From NCBI GenBank assembly GCA_964016885.1, contig OZ024743.1, positions 93,248,001 through 93,312,000 of the forward strand: a DNA stretch of 64,000 nucleotides, given 5' to 3'. Below are positions 11,873 through 24,045 of this stretch, piece after piece. This stretch comes from Eledone cirrhosa (Eukaryota). The translations under genes were made by a program, and so were the position numbers. Each line of letters starts with the position of its first letter. Within the stretch, counting starts at the first letter, position 1. Below the pieces are notes generated by a model. That model had not been told where the DNA came from, ran no database searches, and saw only the letters and a list, made by a program, of their open reading frames with translations.

Positions 11873-12190
11873 ATATAAGATCAAAAGATGGTTAAAAGAG
11901 TTCCATGTATTTTATTATGCGTATTTCAAAAACAAATATCATCATGCAATAATATTTGTGTTTTCATCAGATAAAATAGGAAGACATGATATGAAGGTTA
12001 AAAAACACTTGTGAATAGTGCAGTTTTAAATCAACATATTCAACATATTCACAAGTGTTTTTTAACCTTCATATCATGTCTTCCTATTTTATCTGATGAA
12101 AATACAAATATTATTGCATGATGATATTTGTTTTTGAAATGCGCATAATAAAATACATGGAACTCTTTTAACCATCTTTTGATCTTATAT
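11873..12190. repeat. ~320 bp fold-back element with hammerhead-bearing arms
   Basis: ~145 bp near-perfect inverted arms with a ~28 bp spacer. The ORF track shows the same peptide on both strands. Confidence 0.9.
12086..12154 (+). ncRNA. Type I hammerhead ribozyme motif
   Basis: ATTTTAT CTGATGA [AAATACAAATAT...ATATTTGTTTTT stem II] GAAA T-GCGC-A TA ATAAAAT. The core is canonical, stem I is 7 bp, loop III is palindromic and the cleavage triplet is AUA. Confidence 0.8.
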
Positions 12191-12297
12191 ATTATGTATA
12201 CTCCAGTCCTACAAACTGTAGAGTGCTTCTTATCCGATATCTGCATTGCTTTATTGTACTACAATAAAACTCACCTCCTACATATATATATATATAT

Positions 12298-14633
12298 CAT
12301 CATCATCATCATCATCATCAACGTCCGTGTTCCACACTTGCATGGGTTTGGACGGGGGTATTCCCACTTGAGGCAAGAGTGATTGTCTTGCTCGCATAGG
12401 ACTGTCTGGCAGGTTTTCTACAGTTGGATGCCCTTCCTAACACCAACCACATTTACAGTGTGGGACTGGGAGGTTTTCACCGTGTTGCCTACACGGCCAC
12501 ATTACAGCGTGGACTGTGTGTTTTTTTGTCGTGACACCTACACGATCTCATTTGTTTCGGCCTGGATGTTGTGGCACCAACATAACTTTACATAGGAGGG
12601 GGTGGTGTGGATGGTGGGACGTGGGTGCATTTTGTTAGAGATGCCTACTGGCTGTAGTAGGTTTTACTATGTATTTAGGTAAGGCGGGTCTTCTCTATTA
12701 CTGAGTACCGCCAAAGGTCTCGGTCCAGTGACATTGTCTTGGAGAGGTGTAAGTGTGTGAGGTCGGAGTTTATCAGCTCATCCCAGGTTTTTCTGGGTCT
12801 GCCTATTCCGTGGCTACCGTCTATCTTTATTGCCCTGCACTTTGTTATACAGCTATCGTCCTTCATGCGCATTACGTGACCATACCAACGTAGCCTTCTC
12901 TCGAGTAGACAACATCTGATCCCTCTTATTTCTAATTTTTTCCTTAGTTCGTTTATGCTTTGTCGTTCACGTATATTACTATTACACATCCAGCGGAGCA
13001 TGCAAGCTTCGTTTCTCTCTAGTCTGCGTATATCTTCTGCACACAATGCCCAGGTCTCACTGCCATGCAACATTGCTGTTCGTATGCAGGCATCGTACAA
13101 CCTGCCTTTCATTTTTAGGGAGAACCCTTTAGCGGCTAATAGTGGTATAAGCTCTCTGAACTTTTTCCACCCAGTTCTGACTCTAGCTACTGTACTTTCA
13201 GAGCACCCTCCCCCACTGCTGATTTTGTCACCCAGGTAACGGAAGCTGTCCACTATTTCTATAGAACCCTCTGCGCAGCTGAAAGAGCTAGTATTTTGTG
13301 GGCACTTGCTGCTACTTATTGCGCCGGAACACCGGCCACATGTAAAATCTATGTTCTTAGTTAGCTTACCTGTGATCCCACTACATCTTTTATGCACCCA
13401 AACTTTGCATTTGGGACACAAAATGGAGTTTCTACCTACGCCTTTCCTACACTCTGCGCATGGCCACTTCCCGGAGGGGACCGCCGCCTTATTTTCTTTC
13501 TTACAAACTAGAACTTTAGTCTTAGCCAGGTTAATTTTAAGGCCTTTTGATTCTAGGCTGTGCTTCCATGTTTGGAATTTCTTCTCTAGCTCGGCCATTG
13601 ATTCAGCTATGAGCGTTAGATCATCTGCGTATAGGAGTTCCCATGGGCAGCCGGTCTTGAACTCCACTGTTATAGCCTGGAGGGCAATAATAAATAGTAG
13701 GGGGCTAAGAACAGATCCCTGATGAACACCAACTTTTACACTAAACTCTTCACTATATTCGTTGTTAATTCTAACCTTGCTGACTGTTTCTTTATACATG
13801 GCTTGTATAGCTCTCACAAGCCATTCATCAACACCTAGTTTTCTAAGAGCCCACCAGATAATGGAACGGGGGACTCTGTCGAAGGCCTTCTCCAAGTCGA
13901 CGAAAGCTAAGTATAGGGGTTTACTTTTAGCTAGGTACTTCTCCTGTAGTTGTCGTACAATGAAAAGAGCGTCTGTGGTACTTTTTCCTGACACAAACCG
14001 AACTGCATTTCATCTAGATCAATTCGTTCTCTGATTAGTTGCGCTATTACTTTTTCCGTGACCTTCATGACCTGGTCGATTAATTTAATGCCTCTATAGT
14101 TACTCCTATCTAGGGCATCTCCTTTACCCTTATAACAGTTAACGATGATGCTGCTACGCCAGTCCTTCGGAACAACCCCATTCTGTATGACTTGGTTGAC
14201 TATCCAGGTGACCATGGTGTGTCCCACCGTACCAGATGCCTTCAGCATCTCGGCAACTATTTCCGAAGGCCCAGCCGCCTTGCCTGTCTTCATATCTTTG
14301 ATTGCCTTACTTATTATACTACCCTCGACTAACACTGCTGGTCCCTCTATTGGGTCGATGTGGGGGAGACTGTCTTTCTCCCATTTATTCTCCTCATTTA
14401 GTAGCCTTTCATAGTGACACTTCCAAGCTACCTTCTTATCGGCGTCGGTGATGGCAAGTACGCCGTCATCGTTAAGTACACACTTCTCCCCGACAATATC
14501 ACTGTTTTCCTTGACACATTACCTAGCAATCCTGAACACCTCACGTTTTTGGTCCTCACGTTGTAGAACATGCTTGAACTTTCTTTCCTCTGCTTCCCTT
14601 CTTGCGAAGTACACTTGTCTCCGAGCTTCCCTC
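12298..14633 (-). mobile_element. RTE LINE family B, 3' (sense) portion
   Basis: RT ORFs 13931-14335 and 12675-13994 (1-nt frameshift at QFG|), PHD insert, and a (CAT)n tail at 12298. Confidence 0.93.
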
Positions 14634-16169
14634 AACAAATCTTGTATTTTTGTTTACGTTCGTTAAATACTAGGATCTAACTTAAACCTATTCTTCTCGC
14701 TAACAACTCAACACCCCTCCCTCCCGCCCCCACGCACCACCATTATTATCACGTGGACCAATCATAAGCCAGAGGCCTATACTATCGCTTACCTAGTCGC
14801 CTTCGATATGTAGGATGGAAGGACTACGGAGTTCCGGAGAGTTGAAGAGAGAAAAATCTGGACGCTCAGCGACAATGCCAAAGTTAAAGACAAACACACC
14901 TCGTGGACGAGAATGCGAGCATGCCTCTTTGTTTCGGCCGCGGATGGCTAACACAACCCCATCTCCCCCCCAGCTCCCCACCTTTCCCACCCCCCAAACG
15001 CAATCCAAAACTTCAGATTTGGTACCTTGAATGTAGGCACCTTAAAGGGTCACTCTAACGAGGTTGTAGAAATGCTTGAACGTAAGGAGGTCGATGTTTG
15101 TTGTATTCAAGAGACCAGGTAGAGGGGTGGATCTGCTAGATTCATTGTGGGTAGAAAACGATGCTATAAGCTTTGCTGGGTGGGAAATGACAATGGGCTG
15201 GGTGGGGTAGGAATCATGGTAGCAGAAAAGTGGGCAGATAAGATAATAGACGTAAATAGAGTGAACGACAGAATAATTAAAATAAGACTTGTCCTCAATA
15301 GAACCACGGTGACAGTAATATCCGCGTACGCACCCCAATCCGGACTGCCCAGCACTATACAAGACAGATTCTATGAGACACTGATGCTCACTACCTCCCA
15401 AATAACCGACAGTGACTATATAATTATTGCAGGCGACCTAAACGGTCACGTTGGACAACATTGTGATGGCTACGACGAAATCCATGGAGGCTATGGGTTT
15501 GGTACTAGAAATGAGGAAGGCTCCAGAATCCTGGAATTCTGTGACGCAAATAACCTAACTATCTGCAACACTAACTTCAAAAAACGAGACAATCACTTGA
15601 TCACCTACAGATCAGGGGAACATACCAGCCAGGTAGATTATATCCTTACCAGAAGACGTGACAAAGTGACTGTTGTAAACACTAAATCCCTCCCCCATGA
15701 AGAATGCACCTCCCAACATAGACTGATAATTAGCGACCTAATAGTCAGGACGAGACGTACTAGGCAACAGAAGAGGACTACCCTCAGGAGAAAAATATGG
15801 AAGCTAAAGGACCCCACAGCCAAAAATAAATTCCAAAGCATATTACTTGATGCTTTCGACAGTAAGGAAGAGCAATTAGAGTCGTACAAGGTAGAGGAAC
15901 AGTGGGAATTCCTGAAAGCAAACCTGCTGACGGCGACAGACGAAGTCTGTGGCTGGAGCAGGCCTGTAGGCAGGAGGAGAGTAACATGGTGGTGGAACAG
16001 TAAGGTGGAGGGGTCAATTAAGGCCAAAAAGCAGGCTTGGAAGGTATGGCGGGATGGGGGAAGCAGAGAAGACTATCAAGTGGCCAGGAGGGAAGCTAGG
16101 AGACAAGTGTACTTCGCAAGAAGGGAAGCAGAGGAAAGAAAGTTCAAGCATGTTCTACAACGTGAGGAC

Positions 16170-16173
<4 letters not shown>
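14634..16173 (+). mobile_element. RTE LINE family B, inverted 5' portion (5'UTR + APE endonuclease)
   Basis: TLNVGTL, CIQETR, SAYAPQ, AGDLNGHVG, SQVDYIL and TWWWN are present. It ends in the same 86 bp that begins the - strand portion, followed by (TA)n. Confidence 0.9.
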
Positions 16174-16235
<62 letters not shown>

Positions 16236-16425
16236 CATACATACACACATAACCAGACCCAAATTTTAGCATTGAGTTCTTAAACTCTTGAATCATCAGT
16301 AACTAAACATTACAGACCAATACACTATAGATATATATGTATATGTATATATCGTAAGCACCTATCGTAAATAACTTCACTTCACTGCTCGCAAGTGTTT
16401 TTTAAGCTTCATATCATGTCTCCCT

Positions 16426-16494
16426 ATTTTATCTGATGAGAACGCAAATATCATCCCATGATGATATTTGTTTTTGAAATGCACATAATAAAAT
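16426..16494 (+). ncRNA. Type I hammerhead ribozyme motif (solo arm of the 11873-12190 family)
   Basis: ATTTTAT CTGATGA GAACGCAAATATCATC-CCAT-GATGATATTTGTTTTT GAAA TGCACA TA ATAAAAT. Confidence 0.75.
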
Positions 16495-16530
16495 ACATGG
16501 AACTCTTTTAACCATCTTTTAATCTTATAT

Positions 16531-16562
<32 letters not shown>

Positions 16563-17338
16563 TATATATCTATAGTGTATTGGTCTGTAATGTTTAGTTA
16601 CTGATGATTCAACAGTCAATGCTAAAATTTGGGTCTGGCTACTGATGTGGGATTCTACATTTGGTACTTCACCATAGTCAGTATCCTTAAGAAGCAGAGT
16701 GTTAATAATAATGATAATAATAAGGCGCAGTAACGAAGTATCAATATAACATTATGTTTATTTATACGTGATGCCTGTTTCGCAATCAATTTGTTCAAGG
16801 TATGATCACTATTTTCTTATGTTCCATTAATGGTCAGAAGTTTGATGTACACAGTTTTGTACCTTACTTAAAAAACAAGTAAAGGTTAGCATTAAGAAGG
16901 GTATCTGGCTGTAGAATTCTGCCTCGAAAACAGAAAATAACACAGGTTTTATCTTGCTGTGAGTATTTTAAACAGTGATCATGTCACAGCTACCTCAGTA
17001 TCGGGGTATGAGCAGTGGATGTATGTATTTCACTATTGTTACAGTTTAATTCAACTGTGAAGGTGCATGGCTTACTGGCTGGAGGATTGGATTCACAATC
17101 GTGAGGTTGCAACTTTGACTCTGGGACCGTGCAATACATTATGTCCTTGAGCAAGACACTTTATTTCACATTGCTCTTTCTGCCAGGAGTTGCACCTGGT
17201 AGATGGTATTAGCAATGGAAAGACCAATGGAAACATTGTTTCCTTGGTTCGATCTTGCTGATCATTTCTTCTACAGTACATTAGGCCTTGCAGATTTTGA
17301 AATGTTTCATTTTGATTCTTCTTTCATTTCAATTTCAG

Positions 17339-17412
17339 CTTCAATCAGAGAGAATCTGATTTCTCTTCCTTGAATGAATACAACGATTATCTGGAAATGG
17401 TTGAAACTCTCA
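17339..17412 (+). CDS. MNAT1: MAT1 coding exon 3
   Basis: 74 bp AG/GT exon encoding (D)FNQRESDFSSLNEYNDYLEMVETL; phases match the neighbouring exons. Confidence 0.93.
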
Positions 17413-17464
17413 GTAAGTTTTGTTCAATCATGCAATTGTAATTGATTCTTTAATTCTTTGAGTA

Positions 17465-17895
17465 CCAAAGATATTATTAGTATATGTTTTACCTCTCACA
17501 CCTTGTGTACTAAATATATTACTGGTACATCTGTTACCTCTTATACCTTGTTTACCTAAGATATTACTGGTACAGCTTTTACCTCTCACCTCCGAGTGTT
17601 CCAAAGATATTACCAGTACACCTTTTACCTCCCTTGTGTGCCAAAGATATTACCGGTACACCTTTTACCTTCCACCTCCCTTGTGTGCTAAAGATATTAC
17701 TGGTACACCTTTTACCTTCCACCTCCCTTGTGTGCTAAAGATATTACTGGTACACCTTTTACCCTTGTGAGCCAAAGACATTACTGGTACACCTTTTACC
17801 ACCCACCTCCCTTGTATGCCAAAGATATTACTGGTACATCTTTTACCTTCCATTCCTTGTGTGCCAAAGATATTACTGGTACATCTTTTACTCCC
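17465..17895. repeat. Minisatellite, ~36-45 bp unit (TGTGCCAAAGATATTACTGGTACACCTTTTACC...)
   Basis: About 10 imperfect copies of AAGATATTACTGGTACA. Confidence 0.85.
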
Positions 17896-18113
17896 CCAAT
17901 AAAAAAAATCCTTCCTCCATCAACCCTAGCCATGTTCCTCTGAGTCTACGTGCCACTATCACTCCCTCACCCCACCCAATTGCCCCATCCCTCCAACACC
18001 CAACCATCCCACTCCATCATCCTCGGCAATTTATTGTTTGTCTTCCTCTGACAGCAGTACTCTGCTCCTTCTCTGGACCATTAGGTTCCAACTGTGTTTA
18101 TTTTCATCTTCAG

Positions 18114-18217
18114 TTTATAACCTCAGCAACAATATTGATATGGAATCAACAAAACGACAAATTGAAAACTATCGCAAAGATAACAAGGAAAAAATTATCA
18201 AGAACCGGTCAAAATTG
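18114..18217 (+). CDS. MNAT1: MAT1 coding exon 4
   Basis: 104 bp exon encoding (I)YNLSNNIDMESTKRQIENYRKDNKEKIIKNRSKL, with a GTAAG donor. Confidence 0.93.
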
Positions 18218-18372
18218 GTAAGTCTATAAATTGTAATAAAGGTGTATATGAAAACATATTCAATATTTTTATGTATAATAAACATACATAAGTCTCGCTA
18301 CGGGTATTTTAAGCTGTGATCATGTTTACTCACTTGATACTGAGACAAGAATAAGCTATTGTTTATATATAT

Positions 18373-18525
18373 AATTAGTTACAACAGTGACATAAACAGG
18401 TACTTAAGTCTCGTTGGGTTATGCACCACAACTCATTCAGCCTGTTATAAAAACAGGCTGAATGAGTTATGGTGCATAACCCAACGAAACTTAAGTACCT
18501 GTTTATGTCACTGTTGTAACTAATT
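18373..18525. repeat. 153 bp near-perfect palindrome with a hammerhead-like motif in each arm
   Basis: The right arm at 18454-18501 reads CAGG CTGAATGA GTTATG-GTG-CATAAC CCAAC GAAAC-TTAA-GTA CCTG. Confidence 0.85.
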
Positions 18526-18649
18526 TTACTAAACTCGTCCTATGGACTGAGTGTTCTTACCTGTGAATATTTCTACCAAACTTTTACTACAGTATATATA
18601 TATCTTCATTTATTATGGCTATGTAGTGAGTCATGTTACTTTGAAATTT

Positions 18650-18950
18650 CACCATGCAAGACCAGCCGAGCTCATGAATGTTATCCATCTTACTTTGAGC
18701 CTCCTGCTGGTTGGTTTTACCTGTAATATCTGTCCAGCAATTCTTTCCTTAGATATTATGAACATATGTCTATAACATGGAGCTATGATCTCTCAATTCG
18801 GAGAAATAGTGACTCAACCTGGACTAACTCTCTGATCTCTGAGCTATGTACTCTATTGAATAACGTTAATTCAAAGACGTTTCGAAGGAACCTCATTTTG
18901 GCCACTTATATTCACGATTGTATTCTTTTGATCGTTTGCAAGTGTCTGAT
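18650..18950 (-). mobile_element. Old RTE-type 3' fragment (related decayed pieces at ~25200-25540 -, 30040-30340 -, 43230-43730 +, 51400-51700 -)
   Basis: Shared decayed GFLRRI..VT...SSEIRE...RSQL.YYGHV.RM...WLDNIH coding remnants. Confidence 0.6.
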
Positions 18951-18976
18951 TCTCATTTTGTTGTTTCTTGTTCAAG

Positions 18977-19117
18977 AGTGAAGATGAAGAATACCTGGAC
19001 ATGTTATTGGATGAAGAATTTCAGATTACTGAGAAACGCTTAAAGGAAACCCTTGAAAAAGAACAAAAAGAAAAACAGCTTAAAAGGAAAAACAAAGAAC
19101 TTCTTCTTGATGAATTT
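18977..19117 (+). CDS. MNAT1: MAT1 coding exon 5 (coiled coil)
   Basis: 141 bp exon encoding SEDEEYLDMLLDEE...KRKNKELLLDEF, with a GTGAG donor. Confidence 0.9.
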
Positions 19118-19539
19118 GTGAGTCATCTCATTTTTACTATTTCAGAACCATCATCATCATCACTGTTTAACGTCCATTTTTCTATGCTAGCATAGGTTAA
19201 ATGAGTTGTCCCATTGATTTTCATTCCTGCCTTGCAGCACTCAGCATCAAACCTATAAAGTGCAAGTCAGAGATCACAATAGCATCTGGTTTATATATAA
19301 AATTATGTTGGAATATTTTAACTTAAATGAGAGTCTTTTAAAATATGGTTTATATATAAAATTATGTTGGAAAATTTTAACTTGAATAAGTGTTTTTTAA
19401 AATATAGTTTAGATATAAAATTATGTTGGAAGAGTTTAACTTAAATAAGTGTTTTTTAAAATGGGTGTTTTTTTTTATAGATGAAGTGTTGGTTTGGACT
19501 GGATTGTTAGTAACAGGTTAAATGACCTTCATGTTTGAT

Positions 19540-19923
19540 GACTGCTCACAGTTATGACATATCTGGAAGCATGGCTTTGAATCAAAAGGTCTTAAAGACA
19601 AAGACTAAGGATCTAGTAAGTAGAAGGATAAACAGAGCCCTGATTCCCTCGGGGAAATGGCCTTGCTCAGTGTGTAGGAAAGGCATAGGTAGAAATTCCA
19701 TCCTCTGTCCCAAATGCAAACTATGGAGAAAATGCTAGGAAATGCCAGTGGTAGGAAGTTGTTGTAGAAGTAAACCAAGGACGACCTGGGCGGAAGTGGG
19801 GAGAGCTGATCTTCAATCGCTGAGACTCGCAGAGGAGTGATGAAGTGGAGAGATGCTATGCTGAAAAGGTCCCATCCAACCCCTACAAGCATAAAAAAAA
19901 ATGGACATAATGATGATGATGAT
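19540..19923 (+). mobile_element. Internally deleted RTE fragment retaining the start of the PHD finger and the 3' tail
   Basis: IPSGKWPCSVCRKGIGRNSILCPKCK is joined directly to C-terminal and tail sequence with (GAT)n. Confidence 0.7.
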
Positions 19924-20042
19924 CTTAATGCCAACTATTTTTCAGAATATACTGAATGCATTTTTTCATGGCTCCAGTACTAGGGAGGATATCATATCTT
20001 CTTATTAAAGAATCTTTAATAAAACTTTTGTTATTCTTCTAG

Positions 20043-20156
20043 ATAACATCTGACTTACCTGCACAGTTTATAATGGCAACCCACAAAGATCTGGTAGAAC
20101 CTACTTCAGCCATACCTAAAGCTCCTACTAAACAGTTCTCAACAGGAATCAAAATT
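20043..20156 (+). CDS. MNAT1: MAT1 coding exon 6
   Basis: 114 bp exon encoding ITSDLPAQFIMATHKD...QFSTGIKI (conserved SDLP and FSTGIK). Confidence 0.92.
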
Positions 20157-21079
20157 GTAAGTTGTTTACTTTTCATTTATACTTTTAATGGTAAGGTAAG
20201 ATAACATAAATGGATCTCTATCAGTTTCAATGATGAGTGTTTCAGTTGTTTAATCAGTACAGCGTTCTCTTTGTCTAGTTAATGTATTAATGGCTGAGCT
20301 TTTCAAAAATATGTGAATCTTCAGTGTGATTCTCAGGGAGATTCAATGTGACAGAGTGTGATAAGGCTGGCCTTCTGAATTATAGGTACAGTCTATCCTG
20401 TATAATAGTGTAAGTGGCTAAGCATTGATGTAATTTTCAGGGAGATTCAGGAAGACAGTGTGTAATGAGGCTACCCTTTGAATTATAGGAACAGTCCATC
20501 TTAGAGTATTCCTTATAATTTCTGTCTACCTAATTTCACATTGCTACAATTCACTCTGCAAAAAATGAGTACTAGTAATAGCTGGGGGATTAAATCTGTC
20601 CCATTCAGCTGGGTGTCTTGTACTCTCAGTCACTTAACACCAATAAAAGATGGGTAAATACTGGCCTGATGAGGCTTGGGGCTTCTGACAGACTTTAATT
20701 AAACTTACTGTAGTTACCAAGATCAAGGATGGTGCAAATGACATGGTGAACAGCTGAAAACTTGGCTACACACCATGAAAAGCAATGTTAAAATCCACCT
20801 GGGCCCAAGTGTGTTCGGTACCCACAGTTGGAATCTTGATTGGTTAGCCCTCACCAATTCAATTGCCTCTGATCTTCATGCGTGGTATGCGTTTGTGAGG
20901 GATACTATAAATTCCTTCAATAGAGCCGGCTCAACACACCCTGGGTAAATGCCACCACAAGTACAAGTAAAAGTAAGTACCAACATGGATTGGATCTGAA
21001 TCTCTCTATGAAGCTAAATATTTTGTAAGTAACTGTAAATAATTTCTGACATGTATCATCAATATCATTATCATTCCAG

Positions 21080-21207
21080 GGTCATCAACAAGATAAATAT
21101 TTACCTATACCAGCAGCAGAATCTGCCCCACTCTATCAATATACACCACTTCTCATTACTATGATTGGACCAAAAGTACCAGCAGTACACGAATTGAAGT
21201 CACATGG
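21080..21207 (+). CDS. MNAT1: MAT1 coding exon 7
   Basis: 128 bp exon encoding GHQQDKYLPIPAAESAPLYQYTPLLITMIGPKVPAVHELKSHG, with a GTAAG donor. Confidence 0.9.
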
Positions 21208-21319
21208 GTAAGTAAGAAGTGATATACAGATATTTTATTTGGATTTTTGAGATGAGGAATTGCCATTATTACAAACAGATTTCAAGTGATGAATAAACAA
21301 ACTGAGGCAGCAGACCTTT

Positions 21320-21502
21320 TGGTCCTATATGATATAAGGTACCCAGTACAGTCTGTAAAGTATTACTGTTGGTCACATGATATAAGCCACCCAGTACACT
21401 CTGTAAAGTGTTAGTGTTGGTCCTATATGATATAAGGTACCCAGTACAGTCTGTAGAGTGTTAGTGTTGGTCACATGATATAAGGTACCCAGTACACTCT
21501 GT
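21320..21502. repeat. ~49 bp tandem repeat, 4 copies
   Basis: TGATATAAGGTACCCAGTACAGTCTGTAAAGTGTTAGTGTTGGTC is repeated. Confidence 0.8.
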
Positions 21503-21809
21503 CGTCATGAACTTGGCAGTGAGTATCTTCCATGATGAAATACTGTAGAGTATGATTATGAGAGGTACTTTATGTCTACATAAATTACCTTGATGACAGT
21601 CAGCAATAAATACTTCTGAGAACCTTAAATCCCTGGTCTATCTAACTACGGTATCTATTTTTTTGTTTTGTTTTTTTTGTTCAGTTTAGTGAGGGAAAGA
21701 AGGTTAGTAGCCATGACTTTTCTCAAAAACTCCAACACTGGTTGCAGGATGGAGAGTATCCATACACTGGAGACCTGGTCAGAATGGACTCTGCTAAAGA
21801 TATCCAAGG

Positions 21810-23401
21810 ACCAGGTGGTAGTATTAAACCAGGCGAGAGAAGTCTACCACCCAAGGACCAGGTGGTGGTGTTAAACTGGGTGACAGATTAAATCTACCAT
21901 TCAAGTAGCAAATGGTGATATTACACCAGGTGACAGATTTAATCTATCACTCAAGAACCAGGTGATGGTGCTAAACTGGGTGACAGATTAAATCTAGCAG
22001 GTGTTGACTATAAAGACCAGGTGATCGATTAAGTCTACCACACAAAGGCCAGGTGGTATTAAACCATGTGAATTAAGTCTACCACACAAAGGTCAGGTGT
22101 TAAACCATGTGATGGATTAAGTCTACCACACAAAGGTCAGGTGTTAAACCATGTGATGGATTAAGTCTACCTCACAAAGGTCAGGTGTTAAACCATGTGA
22201 TGGATTAAGTCTACCACACAAAGGCCAGGTGTTGAACCATGTGATGGATTAAGTCTACCACACAAAGGTCAGGTGTTAAACCATGTGATGGATTAAGTCT
22301 ACCACACAAAGGCCAGGTTGTGTTAAACCTTGTGATGGATTAAGTCTACCACACAAAGGTCAGGTGTTAAACCATGTGATGGATTAAATCTACCACACAA
22401 AGGTCAGGTGTTAAGCCATGTGATGGATTAAGTCTACCACACAAAGGTCAGGTTGTGTTAAACCATGTGATGGATTAAGTCTACCACACAAAGGCCAGGT
22501 TGTGTTAAACCATGTGATGGATTAAGTCTACCACACAAAGGTCAGGTGTTAAACCATGTGATGGATTAAGTCTACCACACAAAGGCCAGGTGTTAAGCCA
22601 TGTGATGGATTAAGTCTACCACACAAAGGTCAGGTTGTGTTAAGCCATGTGATGGATTAAGTCTACCACACAAAGGTCAGGTTGTGTTAAACCATGTGAT
22701 GGATTAAGTCTACCACACAAAGGTCAGGTTGTGTTAAACCATGTGATGGATTAAGTCTACCACATAAAGGTCAGGTGTTAAGCCATGTGATGGATTAAGT
22801 CTACCACACAAAGGCCAGGTGTTAAGCCATGTGATGGATTAAGTCTACCACACAAAGGTCAGGTTGTGTTAAACCATGTGATGGATTAAGTCTACCACAC
22901 AAAGGTCAGGTGTTAAGCCATGTGATGGATTAAGTCTACCACACAAAGGCCAGGTGTTAAGCCATGTGATGGATTAAGTCTACCACACAAAGGTCAGGTT
23001 GTGTTAAACCATGTGATGGATTAAGTCTACCACACAAAGGCCAGGTGTTAAGCCATGTAATGGATTAAGTCTACCACACAAAGGCCAGGTGTTAAGCCAT
23101 GTGATGGATTAAGTCTACCACACAAAGGCCAGGTGTTAAGCCATGTGATGGATTAAGTCTTCCACACAAAGGCCAGGTGTTAAGCCATGTGATGGATTAA
23201 GTCTACCACACAAAGGTCAGGTTGTGTTAAACCATGTGATGGATTAAGTCTACCACACAAAGGTCAGGTTGTGTTAAACCATGTGATGGATTAAGTCTAC
23301 CACACAAAGGTCAGGTTGTGTTAAGCCATGTGATGGATTAAGTCTACCACACAAAGGTCAGGTTGTGTTAAACCATGTGATGGATTAAGTCTACCACACA
23401 A
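21810..23401. repeat. 44/47 bp minisatellite (~30 homogeneous copies from ~22030, degenerate copies before)
   Basis: Unit AAAGGTCAGGT(TGT)GTTAAACCATGTGATGGATTAAGTCTACCACAC. Confidence 0.95.
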
Positions 23402-23689
23402 GTAGATCATGACAGGATTTGAACCTGGAATGTTAAGTCAGACCAAATACTGCAAAACATTGTCTGTCTGACACTCTAAATATTCTACTAATCCTCTGCC
23501 CTAAACTAGTACTTTAGGATGACAAAATAAAGTTGATCTCAATGGAATTTGAACTACCAAACAGTAAAGTTAGAATAAAATGCTTACTTATATCTTCCTT
23601 GAGAAGCAAGTGGAATTTTTTTTTTTTATTACTTCAGACTTAGAAATTCATTATCTGTGTTTATATAACTTATTACTTATTGTGTATAT

Positions 23690-24045
23690 CTAGTTACATA
23701 GTATCTGTGTACATCTGGTATCTCTGTGTGTAGCTAGTTTACATTAGATACATTGCATCCCTATGTGTATCTGGTTTACAATAAGTACACTGTATCCCTG
23801 TGTGTATCTAGTTTCCAATAAATACACTGTATCCCTGTGTCTATCTAGTTTACAATAGATACACTGTATCCCTGTACTTGTGTGTTTAGAATATGTACAC
23901 TGTATCCCTGTACTTGTGTGTTTAGAATATGTACACTGTATCCCTGTACTTGTGTTTAGAATATGTACACTGTATCTGGTTTACAATAGATACACTATCC
24001 TTGTGTGTATCTAGTTTAGAATAGGTACACTGTATCCTTATGTGT
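23690..24045. repeat. Degenerate 30-40 bp minisatellite
   Basis: TACACTGTATCCCTGTGTGTATCTAGTTTACAATAG recurs. Confidence 0.8.

Noticed and set aside
22030-23401. Regular repeat array superficially like CRISPR
   Set aside because: There are no unique spacers and no cas genes, and it lies in a eukaryotic intron. It is a plain tandem repeat.
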